Assembly: GCA_017547585.1 (NCBI GenBank) | Contig: JAFYPH010000062.1 | Span: forward strand, 1,593 to 65,592 | Origin: Bacteroidaceae bacterium | GTDB taxonomy: Bacteria > Bacteroidota > Bacteroidia > Bacteroidales > Bacteroidaceae | Length of the DNA: 64,000 nucleotides | Reading direction: 5' to 3' | Part shown: in pieces, positions 18,294 through 28,335 of the stretch | Layout of the letters: each line of letters begins with the position of its first letter | Numbering within the stretch: position 1 is the first letter of the stretch | Notes under the pieces: generated by a model | What the model was told of the DNA's origin: nothing | The model's input: only the letters and a program-made list of their open reading frames with translations | Databases searched by the model: none | Made by a program: the position numbers and the translations under genes

Positions 18294-19390
18294 TAACCTA
18301 CCTCCCGCTTAAACAGATTACCGCCTCCTACGAGCCGCAGATAGGCGACGCTGTGCGTCGCGTGGTCGAGCGCGGATGGTTCCTCTTGGGCGAGGAGTGT
18401 GCCGCATTCGAGAAAGAGTATGCTGCCTATATTGGCAACAAGCACTGCGTGGCGTGCGGCAACGGCTACGATGCCCTGTGGCTCATCCTCAGAGCCTACC
18501 GCCTGATGGGGGTGCTGAACGATGGCGACGAGGTTCTTGTTCCCGCAAACACCTTCATTGCGTCGGTGCTTGCAATCACCAACAATAATCTTGTGCCTGT
18601 GTTTGTGGAGCCCGATGCTGCTACCTACCTTGTGGGCGAGCGCGAACTGCGTGCGGCTGTTACTCCCCGATGCAAGGCCTATATGATGGTGCATCTTTAC
18701 GGGCAGTGTGCCTACAGCGATGCGATAGGCGATTTTTGCCGCGAGAGGGGAATAAAGATTATCGAGGATAATGCTCAGGCTCATGGCTGTCTGTATGGTG
18801 GCGAGCGTCGCACAGGCTCTTTGGGCGACGCGGCCGGACACAGTTTCTACCCGGGCAAGAATCTGGGCTCCCTGGGCGATGCGGGTGCGGTGACCACCAA
18901 CGACGATGCGCTCTTGGAGACTATCCTTTCGTTGCACAACTACGGCAGCCGACAGAAATATATACACACTCACGAGGGAGTGAACAGCCGCATGGACGAG
19001 ATTCAGGCTGCGGTGCTTCGCGTGAAACTGCGTCGCCTCGACGAGGACAATGCTCGCCGCCAGACTATTGCCGTAAGATACATTGCCGAAATAAAAAATC
19101 CTATGGTGCGCTTGCCGTGGGTGGGCGATTCTGCTGCGCACGTCTTTCACATATTCCCACTGATGTCCGCCGTGCGCAATGAATTGCAGCAGCATCTATC
19201 CTCGCTCGGAATTCAGACACAGATACACTATCCTGTGCCGCCCCACAAGCAAGAGTGCTATGCGCAGTGGAACAGCCTTTCGCGTCCCGTTGCCGAGCAA
19301 CTTTCGGCCGAAGAATTGAGCCTTCCCCTGCACCCTCTGCTCACCGACGACGAGGTTGAGAAAATAATTGCAGCGGTCAACAGTTTCTGA
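18290..19390 (+). CDS. DegT/DnrJ/EryC1/StrS-family PLP-dependent sugar aminotransferase
   Basis: 366 aa; family motifs [31 protein letters not shown] (PLP lysine region); 4-nt overlap with the upstream gene. Confidence 0.9.
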   Translation: MITYLPLKQITASYEPQIGDAVRRVVERGWFLLGEECAAFEKEYAAYIGNKHCVACGNGYDALWLILRAYRLMGVLNDGDEVLVPANTFIASVLAITNNNLVPVFVEPDAATYLVGERELRAAVTPRCKAYMMVHLYGQCAYSDAIGDFCRERGIKIIEDNAQAHGCLYGGERRTGSLGDAAGHSFYPGKNLGSLGDAGAVTTNDDALLETILSLHNYGSRQKYIHTHEGVNSRMDEIQAAVLRVKLRRLDEDNARRQTIAVRYIAEIKNPMVRLPWVGDSAAHVFHIFPLMSAVRNELQQHLSSLGIQTQIHYPVPPHKQECYAQWNSLSRPVAEQLSAEELSLPLHPLLTDDEVEKIIAAVNSF

Positions 19391-19429
19391 TTCCCTTTTC
19401 CGCTCACGCGGTAATAAAATAGGAAAAAA

Positions 19430-19461
19430 TTTGTATTTCCCGCCAAAAGGGCTTATCTTTG
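19430..19461 (+). promoter_or_regulatory. Promoter of tRNA-Gln (TTTG -33 box, 20-nt spacer, TATCTTTG -7 box)
   Basis: TTTG at 19430-19433 and TATCTTTG at 19454-19461. The mature tRNA 5' end lies 33 nt downstream. Confidence 0.55.
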
Positions 19462-19493
19462 CACAGCTTTTCCAAAAGAAGGCAACAGAGGAT

Positions 19494-19564
19494 TGTCCTA
19501 TGGTGTAATGGTAGCACAACAGGTTTTGGTTCTGTTTGTCGAGGTTCGAATCCTCGTGGGACAA
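19494..19564 (+). tRNA. tRNA-Gln (anticodon TTG)
   Basis: Hand-folded cloverleaf. Acceptor tgtccta/tgggaca (one G-U pair), D arm gtgt...agcac, anticodon stem acagg/tctgt (one G-U pair) with loop ttTTGgt, T arm cgagg-ttcgaat-cctcg. No encoded CCA. Confidence 0.9.
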
Positions 19565-19571
19565 CAACAAA

Positions 19572-19598
19572 AAAGTCGAGCATTGCTCGACTTTTTTG
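19572..19598 (+). terminator. Rho-independent terminator after tRNA-Gln
   Basis: Hairpin gtcgagc-att-gctcgac followed by tttttt. Confidence 0.8.
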
Positions 19599-19649
19599 TT
19601 GTTTATATCAATGCTTTTTCTTTAGAAAATATAATGTCTCGCACTTTGG

Positions 19650-21671
19650 ATGTTTAAAAATTATATTTATTTTTGTTGCCATAAGTTTCGTCTTTGGTCT
19701 ATTATAGGCTCCAACGTGAGAAGAAAAATATATATAATCGGGATATTTCTTGCCCTTTTCTCCTGCACCGAAGAGATTGACAAGAGCAACCGTTACACCT
19801 TCACAGGTGAGACGGTTGCCGATTATTTGCAGAATAGAAGCGATAAGTATTCGCATTTCATAAGTCTGCTTGAGCGAGCCAACCTTTTGGGGTTGTTATC
19901 AACTTACGGACAATATACGCTTTTCCTTCCAAACAATGATGCGGTTGAAAAATACATTCAAGAGAAAGACAGCATATATTGGGCAACAAAAGATACAGAT
20001 GCTCCTGTATGGACGGGAGTAACCTCGCCACTCGTCAAGGAATTGAGTGATTCGATGATAAATGTAATTGCCCGCACCCATCTTATCGAGGGTAATTACC
20101 AGACAGCCAAATTCGACGACGGGGCATTGCCCAGCTGGAATTTCAACGACAGATATTTGGGCGTCTCGTACGAGGGCACAGAGGAGAGTTTTCATATAAA
20201 AATAAACAGTTGTGCGGCCATCATCGGCAGCGACAATATGGTAGAAAATGGAGTCGTACACATTGTCGACAATGTGATTGAAGAGACGAACAACTATCTG
20301 CCAACACACATTGCTAAATATAGTTTCTTCTCTCTTTTTAGCGAAGCGCTGAAAGAAACGCATTTCGGCGACTCACTGCTGCAATATATGGATGTACACT
20401 ATCAACCGCTTAATATCGAGGATTGTCCGCAAAAGAGATATTACAAATACACAGGATTTATAGAGACTGACGAAGTTTTCAACGCAAACGGAATCTTCAC
20501 TCTCGCCGACCTCAAGGTCTTCGCCGAAAAATGGTACGGGACAGAGGATAGAGAAGATTGTACAAGCCCGAGCAATGCCCTCTACAAGTTCATAGCCTAC
20601 CACTTTTTGCCACGCGAGCTTACTTACAACAAAGTAATTCCCTTACAGATAAGTTACCTAACATTAAATTACCCCCTCGCCGAGCTTATTGCCCCCGGAC
20701 ACGACTGCTACGACTATTTCGAGACTATGATGGGCAAGTTGATGAAAGTAGTAAAGCCGTTAGGCAGCACTGACGGAGCATGGGTCTACATTAACCGGCC
20801 CAAAGAAGGTAAAGTCTATAACAACGAAATGCGCAGGCATCTGAATGTTCGCCTCATTGAGCCTACAGAGTTTACGCAGTCAAGAGAGGAGTATTCTCGT
20901 TTCAACCCAATTGCGATGAACGGAGTGATACAACCAATAGACAAAATTCTCGTTTACGACGAGGACGAAATGGCGGGAAATATATTAAACGAACGTATGC
21001 GTTTCGATTTTGGCACATTGCTACCCGAACTTTCGGGCAACAATATAAGGTACACTACATTTCAATCAAATATTCCATTTGCATATTGCAAAAATATAAA
21101 AAACAATTCCAACCATTCGACTCATTTAAGTTATGAACTAAATAGTTGGAACTATATGGCAGACCAATTTTATCAAACGGACTTATTTGATATTTCATTT
21201 CGTTTGCCACCGGTACCGCAGAAAACATACGAAATTCGTTTAAGTATCAATATTATTAATTTCGAAGACAAAAGATTGTGGCCCGGAGTTTTACAGCCAT
21301 ACATTGATGGGAAAGTATGTTCGTTGCCGATAGATCTCACTGTTAATAACAATTCTTTAACATGGGTAGACGACGCAGATACACAAGATAATGGAATAGA
21401 ATTTGACAAATATTTACGCAGTATAGGATTTATGAAGGGACCGGACTCATACAACATATATGGAAAATTTGAAATGGTCCCTGCGCGTACAATAAACAAT
21501 TATTTTCGTAGAATTATTGCTAAGGCTCATTTAACCGAGGGTGAGCATTGGATACGTTTAAAATTGCTTTCGCAAGGTGCGGAGATAAAAAATGTATTTT
21601 CGTTGGACTATATTGAGCTTGTGCCACTGCACATTATAAACGACCCAACAAAGCCCGAGGATAGGCACTAA
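19650..21671 (+). CDS. Fasciclin (FAS1) domain-containing lipoprotein with a large uncharacterised C-terminal region
   Basis: FAS1 signatures: TFTGETVADYL...YTLFLPNNDAVEKYI...NGVVHIVDNVI. A GTG at 19726 would give a cleaner lipoprotein signal (VRRKIYIIGIFLALFSC) and may be the true start. Confidence 0.7.
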   Translation: MFKNYIYFCCHKFRLWSIIGSNVRRKIYIIGIFLALFSCTEEIDKSNRYTFTGETVADYLQNRSDKYSHFISLLERANLLGLLSTYGQYTLFLPNNDAVEKYIQEKDSIYWATKDTDAPVWTGVTSPLVKELSDSMINVIARTHLIEGNYQTAKFDDGALPSWNFNDRYLGVSYEGTEESFHIKINSCAAIIGSDNMVENGVVHIVDNVIEETNNYLPTHIAKYSFFSLFSEALKETHFGDSLLQYMDVHYQPLNIEDCPQKRYYKYTGFIETDEVFNANGIFTLADLKVFAEKWYGTEDREDCTSPSNALYKFIAYHFLPRELTYNKVIPLQISYLTLNYPLAELIAPGHDCYDYFETMMGKLMKVVKPLGSTDGAWVYINRPKEGKVYNNEMRRHLNVRLIEPTEFTQSREEYSRFNPIAMNGVIQPIDKILVYDEDEMAGNILNERMRFDFGTLLPELSGNNIRYTTFQSNIPFAYCKNIKNNSNHSTHLSYELNSWNYMADQFYQTDLFDISFRLPPVPQKTYEIRLSINIINFEDKRLWPGVLQPYIDGKVCSLPIDLTVNNNSLTWVDDADTQDNGIEFDKYLRSIGFMKGPDSYNIYGKFEMVPARTINNYFRRIIAKAHLTEGEHWIRLKLLSQGAEIKNVFSLDYIELVPLHIINDPTKPEDRH

Positions 21672-21740
21672 AAGAGAAACGGAATTTTACTTTTTATGGA
21701 ATGGGAATATTGGTAATAAAAATGTTACGGCCATAAAATA

Positions 21741-21773
21741 AATTACCCATTCTAAAAAAATAGGATGGGTAAT
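21741..21773 (-). terminator. Probable terminator of the GHL10-GNAT operon
   Basis: Inverted repeat aattacccat / atgggtaatt, with a T-rich tract downstream on the minus strand. Confidence 0.5.
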
Positions 21774-21797
21774 TGTAGTAATTATCTATTGCGACTT

Positions 21798-22244
21798 TCA
21801 GTCGCTGAATTTTATTGAGTATACATTTGTCTCTTTGGGCGAGAAGCCTGCCGAGCGGTAGAGGGCGTTAGCCGCTACGCGCGAGGGGCGCGAGGTGAGC
21901 ATCAGAGTGGCCTTGGGGCGGTTGTTGCGCACATACTCTATTGCGTGCTCCACAAGGGTGCGGCCGAAGGAACGGCCACGCTGCGAGGCGTCCACAACTA
22001 CATCTTCTATCCACATTTTGCAGCCTGTGGGCGAGAGTGCACTGCACAAGGTGAGCATTCCCACGATGCTGCCTTCTGCCTGCAGCAGAAAAAGATGCGT
22101 GCCTTCGCATGCTGTCAGGCTCTGCAGGGTGTCGAGGGTGAATATGTGCTGCGACGAGGACAGCTGCGGCAACAAATTGCGTATGGCCGCTGCGTACTCC
22201 TCTTTGGGCTCGGTAACCTCGAAAATGTGATACTCTTTCTTCAT
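21798..22244 (-). CDS. GNAT-family N-acetyltransferase
   Basis: 148 aa; acetyl-CoA binding motif VVVDASQRGRSFGRTLV and ...ANALYRSAGF. Confidence 0.85.
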   Translation of the reverse strand: MKKEYHIFEVTEPKEEYAAAIRNLLPQLSSSQHIFTLDTLQSLTACEGTHLFLLQAEGSIVGMLTLCSALSPTGCKMWIEDVVVDASQRGRSFGRTLVEHAIEYVRNNRPKATLMLTSRPSRVAANALYRSAGFSPKETNVYSIKFSD

Positions 22245-23744
22245 TTAGAATTTTACTTTCAGTTTCTTGCCCTTCGACTCATTCTGTGTGCGGTCGAGTG
22301 CGGTGACAACGTATGTGTATTTTCCGCTCAGGCCTTTGGGCAGATGGTAGAAGGTGTTGGGGGTGATTGCCACGATGTTGGCCGAGTTTTCGAGGTTGAC
22401 TTTTTCGCCGGGCGCGAAGCAATAGACTACGTAGTTTGTTACCTTGTCCATTGCCTTTGTCTTTTCCTTGTTGGGTGTCAGCCACACGAGAATGTCGCCA
22501 TACTGGGTGCTCATCTTTTTAATGCCTTTAATCTTCTTGGGGGCCTTGTTGTCGATGAACTTGTATTTGGGCATCAGGGCAGGGTTGCTGTGATAGTATT
22601 GCTCGAGAACTTCGCGGTAGTGGCCCACATTCTTTGCTGCCGACGCTGCGTCCCACAGACACGAGCCCTGTACGGCAGGCAGTGAACGCTGCAGTGCGAA
22701 CTTCGCAGGCTGCTGATGGCGGTTGCTGTTTTTGTGGTCGGCGGCTCTCACGGTGCGGTTAACATCCTGGCCAATGTAGAGGGGGCGGTTGGATGCATGC
22801 TGTGCCCACCATTTTACGAGTGTCTCGTAGTCGGCGGCTGTGTGGCCAATCTCCCAATATACTTGGGGAATGCAGTAGTCTACCCAGCCTTCGTTTATCC
22901 AGTGGATGACGTCAGCATAGAGGTCGTCGTAGCTCTGAAGGCCCTTTGTGTCGCTGCCTTTGGGCGAGCTTGCAATGTTGCGGTAGATGCCGAAGGGCGA
23001 AACGCCGAACTTCACCCAGGGCTTTGTTTCGCGCACGGTCTTGTGCATCTGCCATATAAGGCGATTGACATTGTCGCGTCTCCAGTCGCCTTTGTTGGCA
23101 ATGCCGCGCTTGTCACGGCGGTAGAATGCCTCGTCGTCGAACTGTTTGCCGCCCGCAGGGTAGGGGTAGAAGTAGTCGTCAATGTGGAATCCGTCTACGT
23201 CGTAGCGCGAAACGATGTCTTTGACGATTGTACATATCCAGTCGCGGTTCTCCTGCAACGAGGGGTTGAAGAACAACTGCGAGTCGTAGCTGATGAAGCG
23301 CTCGGGGTGCTTGCTACCCTGATGCTTTTCGTTAAGCTTGTGTGTGGTCTTTGTTCGTGCACGGTAGGGGTTTATCCATGCGTGAAGCTCCATGCCTCGC
23401 GCGTGTGCCTCGCCTACCATCCACTCCAACGGGTCCCATCCGGGGTCTTTGCCCTGTGTGCCTGTGAGGAAACGGCTCCAAGGCTCGTAGGATGACCTGT
23501 AAAGAGCATCGCCCTCGACGCGCACCTGGAAGATAATAGCGTTGATATTGGCCTTCTTAAGCTCGTTGAGCATGTTGGTAAGGTAGCCTTTCATCTCTTG
23601 CGAGTCCATTCCAAGGAATTGACCGTTTACGGCCTGTATCCATGCTCCGCGGAACTCGCGTTTGGGGTTTTTCACTTCGGCGGTTGCGACGGTGCACATC
23701 AGCGCCATTAATAAGCACAAGCAGATTCTATGTAAATATCTCAT
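22245..23744 (-). CDS. Glycosyl-hydrolase-like family 10 (GHL10/YngK-type) protein, secreted
   Basis: Start taken at MRYLHRICLCLLMALMCTVATA (ATG 23744); the track start at 23780 is a TTG. REFRGAWI..., NAIIFQVRVEGDALY and DGFHIDDYFYP match the GHL10 TIM-barrel family. The stop abuts the GNAT start. Confidence 0.75.
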   Translation of the reverse strand: MRYLHRICLCLLMALMCTVATAEVKNPKREFRGAWIQAVNGQFLGMDSQEMKGYLTNMLNELKKANINAIIFQVRVEGDALYRSSYEPWSRFLTGTQGKDPGWDPLEWMVGEAHARGMELHAWINPYRARTKTTHKLNEKHQGSKHPERFISYDSQLFFNPSLQENRDWICTIVKDIVSRYDVDGFHIDDYFYPYPAGGKQFDDEAFYRRDKRGIANKGDWRRDNVNRLIWQMHKTVRETKPWVKFGVSPFGIYRNIASSPKGSDTKGLQSYDDLYADVIHWINEGWVDYCIPQVYWEIGHTAADYETLVKWWAQHASNRPLYIGQDVNRTVRAADHKNSNRHQQPAKFALQRSLPAVQGSCLWDAASAAKNVGHYREVLEQYYHSNPALMPKYKFIDNKAPKKIKGIKKMSTQYGDILVWLTPNKEKTKAMDKVTNYVVYCFAPGEKVNLENSANIVAITPNTFYHLPKGLSGKYTYVVTALDRTQNESKGKKLKVKF

Positions 23745-23956
23745 ATTGATAATTATTATTCTGTAATATTTATACTGCAAAGATAGTGCAAACGAGTGTA
23801 ACGCAAGCTTGCTTGCAAGTTACAAAATGAGTGTAGCCTATTTTCGCGGTATTTTAATACCGCAAAGATAGCCTCTTTTGCTTATTTTTCCAATTTAGCG
23901 TTGTCCCTTTAATACTATTTCTCTATTATTTGGATTGTGGGTGCGAAAAAAAACTG

Positions 23957-23964
23957 TAACTTTG
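23957..23964 (+). promoter_or_regulatory. -7 promoter box (TAACTTTG) for uvrA
   Basis: TAnnTTTG match 31 nt upstream of the ATG at 23995. Confidence 0.45.
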
Positions 23965-23994
23965 CTCGATTCTTTCATTAAATAGCTTTAGGCG

Positions 23995-26781
23995 ATGGCA
24001 GACAGAGACAATATAATAATACGCGGTGCGCGCGTGAATAATCTCAAGAACGTGGATGTTGATATTCCTCGTGGCAAACTTGTTGTTATTACCGGCCTTT
24101 CGGGCTCGGGAAAATCGTCGTTGGCGTTCGACACACTATACGCCGAGGGACAGCGTCGCTACGTTGAGTCTCTTTCGTCCTATGCGCGTCAGTTTCTGGG
24201 ACAGATGAACAAGCCCGAGTGCAATTTCATAAAGGGCATTCCTCCCGCCATTGCCATTGAGCAAAAGGTGAATAACCGCAACCCCCGTTCGACTGTTGGT
24301 ACTTCGACCGAGATTTACGAGTATATGAAGCTGCTCTACGCACGTGTGGGAAAGACCTTCTCGCCTGTGAGCGGAAAGCTCGTGAAAAAGCAGACTCCCG
24401 AGGATCTTGTTGCCTGTATGCTCGCCCACGACGAGGGGGCGCGCTTCCTGCTGCTCTCGCCCATAGAGCTGCGCAAAGGACGCAGTGTCGAGGAGCAGCT
24501 TACCGTTTATATGCAGCAGGGCTTCACTCGATTGTATGTCAACGGCGAGGTTGTGCGCATCGAGGATTATTCTCCCAAGAAAAAGGACAAACTCTATCTG
24601 CTCATCGACCGTCTGACGGCGAGCAGTGCACAAGAGACTACCGTACGTCTGCTCGACTCGGCCGAGACAGCCTTCTACGAGGGCAACGGTTCGTGTGCAA
24701 TGAAATTCCTCGACGAGGAGCAGATGCACACTTTCAGCATACGCTTCGAGGCCGACGGCATCGAGTTCGAAGAGCCCACCGAGCAGATGTTCTCTTTCAA
24801 TTCTCCCATAGGCGCCTGCCCCGATTGCGAGGGCTTTGGACGCATTGTGGGCATCGACGAGAATCTTGTTGTTCCCAACAAGTCTCTGAGCGTCTACGAC
24901 GGTGCGGTATTCTGTTGGCGCGGCGAGAAGATGGGCGAGTGGAAGACTCTCTTCTGCCACCATGCTCCGGCCGACGATTTTCCCATCTTCGAGCCCTACT
25001 ACAATCTCACGCCCGAACAGCGTGACTATCTGTGGCACAAAGGCCCATATATTCCCGAATACGACGAGCGCATCTGCATCGACAACTTTTTCGAAATGGT
25101 GCGCGAGAATCAATATAAGATACAGTACCGTGTGATGCTCGCACGTTACCGCGGAAAGCCCATCTGCCCCACGTGCAACGGCACGCGCCTGAAGCGCGAG
25201 GCGGGCTATGTGAAGGTGGGCGGCAAGAGCATTGCCGAGCTTGTGGAACTGCCAATCACACGACTGAAAGAGTTTTTCGACAATCTTGTCCTCGAGGGCA
25301 ACGACGCCACTGTGGCGCGACGCATCCTCGCCGAGATTACCGGACGCATAGATTGTCTCATAGATGTAGGCCTCGGCTATCTGACACTCAATCGATTGAG
25401 TAATACTCTCTCGGGCGGCGAGAGCCAGCGCATCAATCTTGTAACCTCGCTCGGAAGCTCGCTTGTGGGCTCGCTCTACATTCTCGACGAGCCCAGCATA
25501 GGCCTGCACAGCCGCGACACGGAGCGTCTGATAAAGGTGCTGCGCCGTCTGCAGCAGCTGGGAAACACGGTGGTGGTTGTGGAGCACGACGAGGATATTA
25601 TCCGCGCCGCCGACTACATTATCGACGTTGGCCCCAAGGCTGGACGTCTGGGTGGCGAGATTGTCTATTGCGGAGACATGAAAGAGCTTGACCCGAACAG
25701 CAAAAGCTACACTGTGAAATATCTTTTGGGGCTCGACGAGATTCCTGTTCCCCGTCACCGCCGCACGTCGCGCAATTTTATTACAATAAAAGGTGCGCGC
25801 GAGAATAACCTCAAGGGCATAGACGTGAATATTCCGCTCAATGTGCTGACGGTTGTCAGCGGAGTGAGCGGCTCGGGAAAGTCCACCCTTGTGCGCGACA
25901 TTCTCTATCGTTCGCTGCAGCGACAGTTTGGCGAGGGAAGCGACTCCCCCGGACAGTGTGACGGCATCGAGGGCGCACTCAAGCTCATAAAGGCTGTGGA
26001 GTTTGTCGACCAGAATCCCATAGGAAAATCCTCGCGCTCGAATCCCGTAACCTACCTCAAAGCCTACGACGAAATACGACAGCTTTACGCCCGCCAGCCT
26101 CTTGCCAAGCAGATGGGCTACACTGCCGGATACTTCTCTTTCAATTCCGATGGCGGACGTTGCGAGGAGTGTAAGGGCGAGGGCACAATAACCGTGGAAA
26201 TGCAGTTCATGGCTAACATGAAACTGCAGTGCGAGGCGTGCCACGGCAAGCGTTTCAAGGCCGAGACACTCGAAGTGAAATTCCACGACAAGAGTGTTTA
26301 CGATGTTCTCGAAATGACTGTGAACGAGGCTATAGAGTTCTTCGAGAAATATGAGCAGCACACTATTGTCGCGCGTCTGCGTCCGTTGCAGGATGTGGGC
26401 CTCGGCTACATTAAGCTGGGACAGTCGTCGTCGACGCTCTCGGGTGGCGAGAATCAGCGTGTGAAACTTGCCTACTATCTGAGCCTTGCGAATGCCAATC
26501 CCACGCTCTTCATCTTCGACGAGCCCACAACCGGACTCCACTTCCACGACATTAAGAAACTGCTCGACTCGTTCGACCGCCTTGTGGCGCGCGGACACAC
26601 GCTTGTAATCATCGAACACAATCTTGACGTTATAAAATGCGCCGACTATCTTATCGACCTTGGCCCTGACGGTGGCGAGGATGGCGGCCGCGTGGTTGCC
26701 GAAGGCACTCCCGAAGAGGTTGCCAAGAATCCCGCCTCGGCAACGGGTGTCTACCTGAAAGAGAAACTCGGCGTAAAGTAG
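23995..26781 (+). CDS. uvrA: Excinuclease ABC subunit A
   Basis: 928 aa; two ABC ATPase modules ([23 protein letters not shown]; [16 protein letters not shown]) and zinc-finger Cys clusters ([24 protein letters not shown]...CEACHGKR). Confidence 0.95.
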   Translation: MADRDNIIIRGARVNNLKNVDVDIPRGKLVVITGLSGSGKSSLAFDTLYAEGQRRYVESLSSYARQFLGQMNKPECNFIKGIPPAIAIEQKVNNRNPRSTVGTSTEIYEYMKLLYARVGKTFSPVSGKLVKKQTPEDLVACMLAHDEGARFLLLSPIELRKGRSVEEQLTVYMQQGFTRLYVNGEVVRIEDYSPKKKDKLYLLIDRLTASSAQETTVRLLDSAETAFYEGNGSCAMKFLDEEQMHTFSIRFEADGIEFEEPTEQMFSFNSPIGACPDCEGFGRIVGIDENLVVPNKSLSVYDGAVFCWRGEKMGEWKTLFCHHAPADDFPIFEPYYNLTPEQRDYLWHKGPYIPEYDERICIDNFFEMVRENQYKIQYRVMLARYRGKPICPTCNGTRLKREAGYVKVGGKSIAELVELPITRLKEFFDNLVLEGNDATVARRILAEITGRIDCLIDVGLGYLTLNRLSNTLSGGESQRINLVTSLGSSLVGSLYILDEPSIGLHSRDTERLIKVLRRLQQLGNTVVVVEHDEDIIRAADYIIDVGPKAGRLGGEIVYCGDMKELDPNSKSYTVKYLLGLDEIPVPRHRRTSRNFITIKGARENNLKGIDVNIPLNVLTVVSGVSGSGKSTLVRDILYRSLQRQFGEGSDSPGQCDGIEGALKLIKAVEFVDQNPIGKSSRSNPVTYLKAYDEIRQLYARQPLAKQMGYTAGYFSFNSDGGRCEECKGEGTITVEMQFMANMKLQCEACHGKRFKAETLEVKFHDKSVYDVLEMTVNEAIEFFEKYEQHTIVARLRPLQDVGLGYIKLGQSSSTLSGGENQRVKLAYYLSLANANPTLFIFDEPTTGLHFHDIKKLLDSFDRLVARGHTLVIIEHNLDVIKCADYLIDLGPDGGEDGGRVVAEGTPEEVAKNPASATGVYLKEKLGVK

Positions 26782-26826
26782 TTTTTTTACTATTATTGAT
26801 AACTTTACGTCCATCGACGATGAATA

Positions 26827-26866
26827 GACAAAAGGCCTTTGCCAGCGGCAAAGGCCTTTTGTTGTC
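26827..26866 (+). terminator. Rho-independent terminator after uvrA
   Basis: Hairpin of about 16 bp, acaaaaggcctttgcc-agc-ggcaaaggccttttgt, followed by a T-rich sequence. Confidence 0.85.
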
Positions 26867-27084
26867 GCTTGCTTATATTAGTTAAAATAAGAGAGTTTGT
26901 GTGTAAATATTTAACTGTCAGCCGAAAAAAGAATTCTATACTTCATATTGAGAAATTGAAACATTTTTTAACGTAAGTTTGTGTTGTTTATAAAAAATGC
27001 ATATATTCGCAAGCATAACTCCCTTTCTTATAAAGAGAACGGTGTTTTTGTAAAGAATTATTAATTATTGAAATTTTTATTATT

Positions 27085-27450
27085 ATGGGATTTTGGGGAT
27101 GGTTGATTACAATAGTGATCGTAGTTATTGTCTGCCGTTTGTTACGTGCGATGTTTAGAGCAGTAGATTGGATTGTTTATATTCTTCTTTTCGGCTCTGC
27201 TATTTATGCTGGTATATATAATGAGTCTTTTTGGGCAGGATTTCTGGCGGCTGTAATCGGAGCGATTGCTGCGCGATTCTTCTTTGGTATTGGCTCCGGA
27301 ACAGAGGTTTACAAGTTTGGCAATAAATATACTTTGACTTGTAGAGAGTGTGGCTACCACGATCTTGAAATTGTGGCACACACTGACGAGGGTGTTATTG
27401 TACGATGCGTAAGATGTAAAGACGAAAGTCACCACAAACTGAATCATTGA
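27085..27450 (+). CDS. Hypothetical small membrane protein with a C-terminal zinc ribbon (3 predicted TM segments plus CxxC-x18-CxxC)
   Basis: MGFWGWLITIVIVVIVC..., two more hydrophobic segments, then CRECGYHDLEIVAHTDEGVIVRCVRC. Low-GC coding region. No family recognised. Confidence 0.6.
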   Translation: MGFWGWLITIVIVVIVCRLLRAMFRAVDWIVYILLFGSAIYAGIYNESFWAGFLAAVIGAIAARFFFGIGSGTEVYKFGNKYTLTCRECGYHDLEIVAHTDEGVIVRCVRCKDESHHKLNH

Positions 27451-27485
27451 TTGCAGTATTCTAAATTCAAATATCACCTTTTGCG

Positions 27486-28313
27486 ATGAATAAAATAGTT
27501 ACCTGGGGAATATATTTCTGTGTCATATTGCTCTGCTTGTTAATTGTTCTTATCGACAAAATATCTTTCCCATCGACCGATATTTCCGATGGACTGATTA
27601 CAATTGTCAGTGCATTTGTGGGAATTCTTATTACAATGACTGTGACGTCGACATTGCTTAACGACCAGAGCAAGGCCGAAAGTCTGAAAGAGAGGAATGT
27701 CAAGCATTTTGAAAAGAAACAGGAAACCTATCATCAGTTTCTGGGTGAATTGTCGAATATAATCATTGGACTGACCAAACGCAGTCTGTCGGGAGACAAA
27801 AGTGCAGCCTATGAGAATATAGAATCCTTTGAAAAATTGATATTTCAGTTCGGCTACTTACGCATACATATGGGTGAGGAAAAATTCAGTCAGGTTATGA
27901 CTAAGACCACAGAAATGTTGGATGTTTACCATAGAAATGAACTGACAAAAAAGTATAGAGAGGATATTGTAGAAAATAATTACCGCCGTTCCGAGGCTCT
28001 CAATCATGCATTGCACGAACTGATGCAGTGTGTGGCAAATAATCTGTTTGAAATCTCTACTATACTGAACGATGATATGTATTACGAACCAGTTTGCAAG
28101 GGAATGAAAAATCAATTCAGTGACAATATTAAAAATTTGTTGGAGACCACCGGATTGAAGCCAAATGGAGTGCCATTGCCTGCAGCAGAACCAAATGGGG
28201 AAGTTGTTCCAGTGATAGCCGCATCAAATGCAGAGACTGTGAAACTCGAGGCGATGGAAACGACTCCTAAAAGTCGGCAGTATAGTAAACGACGTAAAAG
28301 GAAAAATAAGTAA
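27486..28313 (+). CDS. Hypothetical membrane-anchored protein (2 N-terminal TM segments, helical domain of about 200 aa, basic tail)
   Basis: 275 aa; TM segments IVTWGIYFCVILLCLLIVLI and GLITIVSAFVGILITMTVTSTLL; C-terminal KRRKRKNK. 32 G+C in the first 100 nt (hand count). No family recognised. Confidence 0.6.
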   Translation: MNKIVTWGIYFCVILLCLLIVLIDKISFPSTDISDGLITIVSAFVGILITMTVTSTLLNDQSKAESLKERNVKHFEKKQETYHQFLGELSNIIIGLTKRSLSGDKSAAYENIESFEKLIFQFGYLRIHMGEEKFSQVMTKTTEMLDVYHRNELTKKYREDIVENNYRRSEALNHALHELMQCVANNLFEISTILNDDMYYEPVCKGMKNQFSDNIKNLLETTGLKPNGVPLPAAEPNGEVVPVIAASNAETVKLEAMETTPKSRQYSKRRKRKNK

Positions 28314-28335
28314 TAACCGATAAATTTTTATCTTT

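Noticed and set aside
24136-26814. 892-aa ORF on the minus strand covering the whole uvrA region
   Set aside because: It is antisense to an unmistakable uvrA gene. The translation is low-complexity (rich in Leu/Val/Ala/Arg/His) with no motifs. It is a typical shadow ORF produced by the codon bias of the real gene.
26867-27084. Riboswitch (for example cobalamin) or Fur/Zur box upstream of the cassette / TonB-receptor unit
   Set aside because: I could find no B12-box-like GCCACTG core, no extended conserved stems, and no recognisable palindromic metalloregulator box by eye. The region is simply AT-rich with one -7-like box. A covariance-model scan would be needed to exclude this fully.
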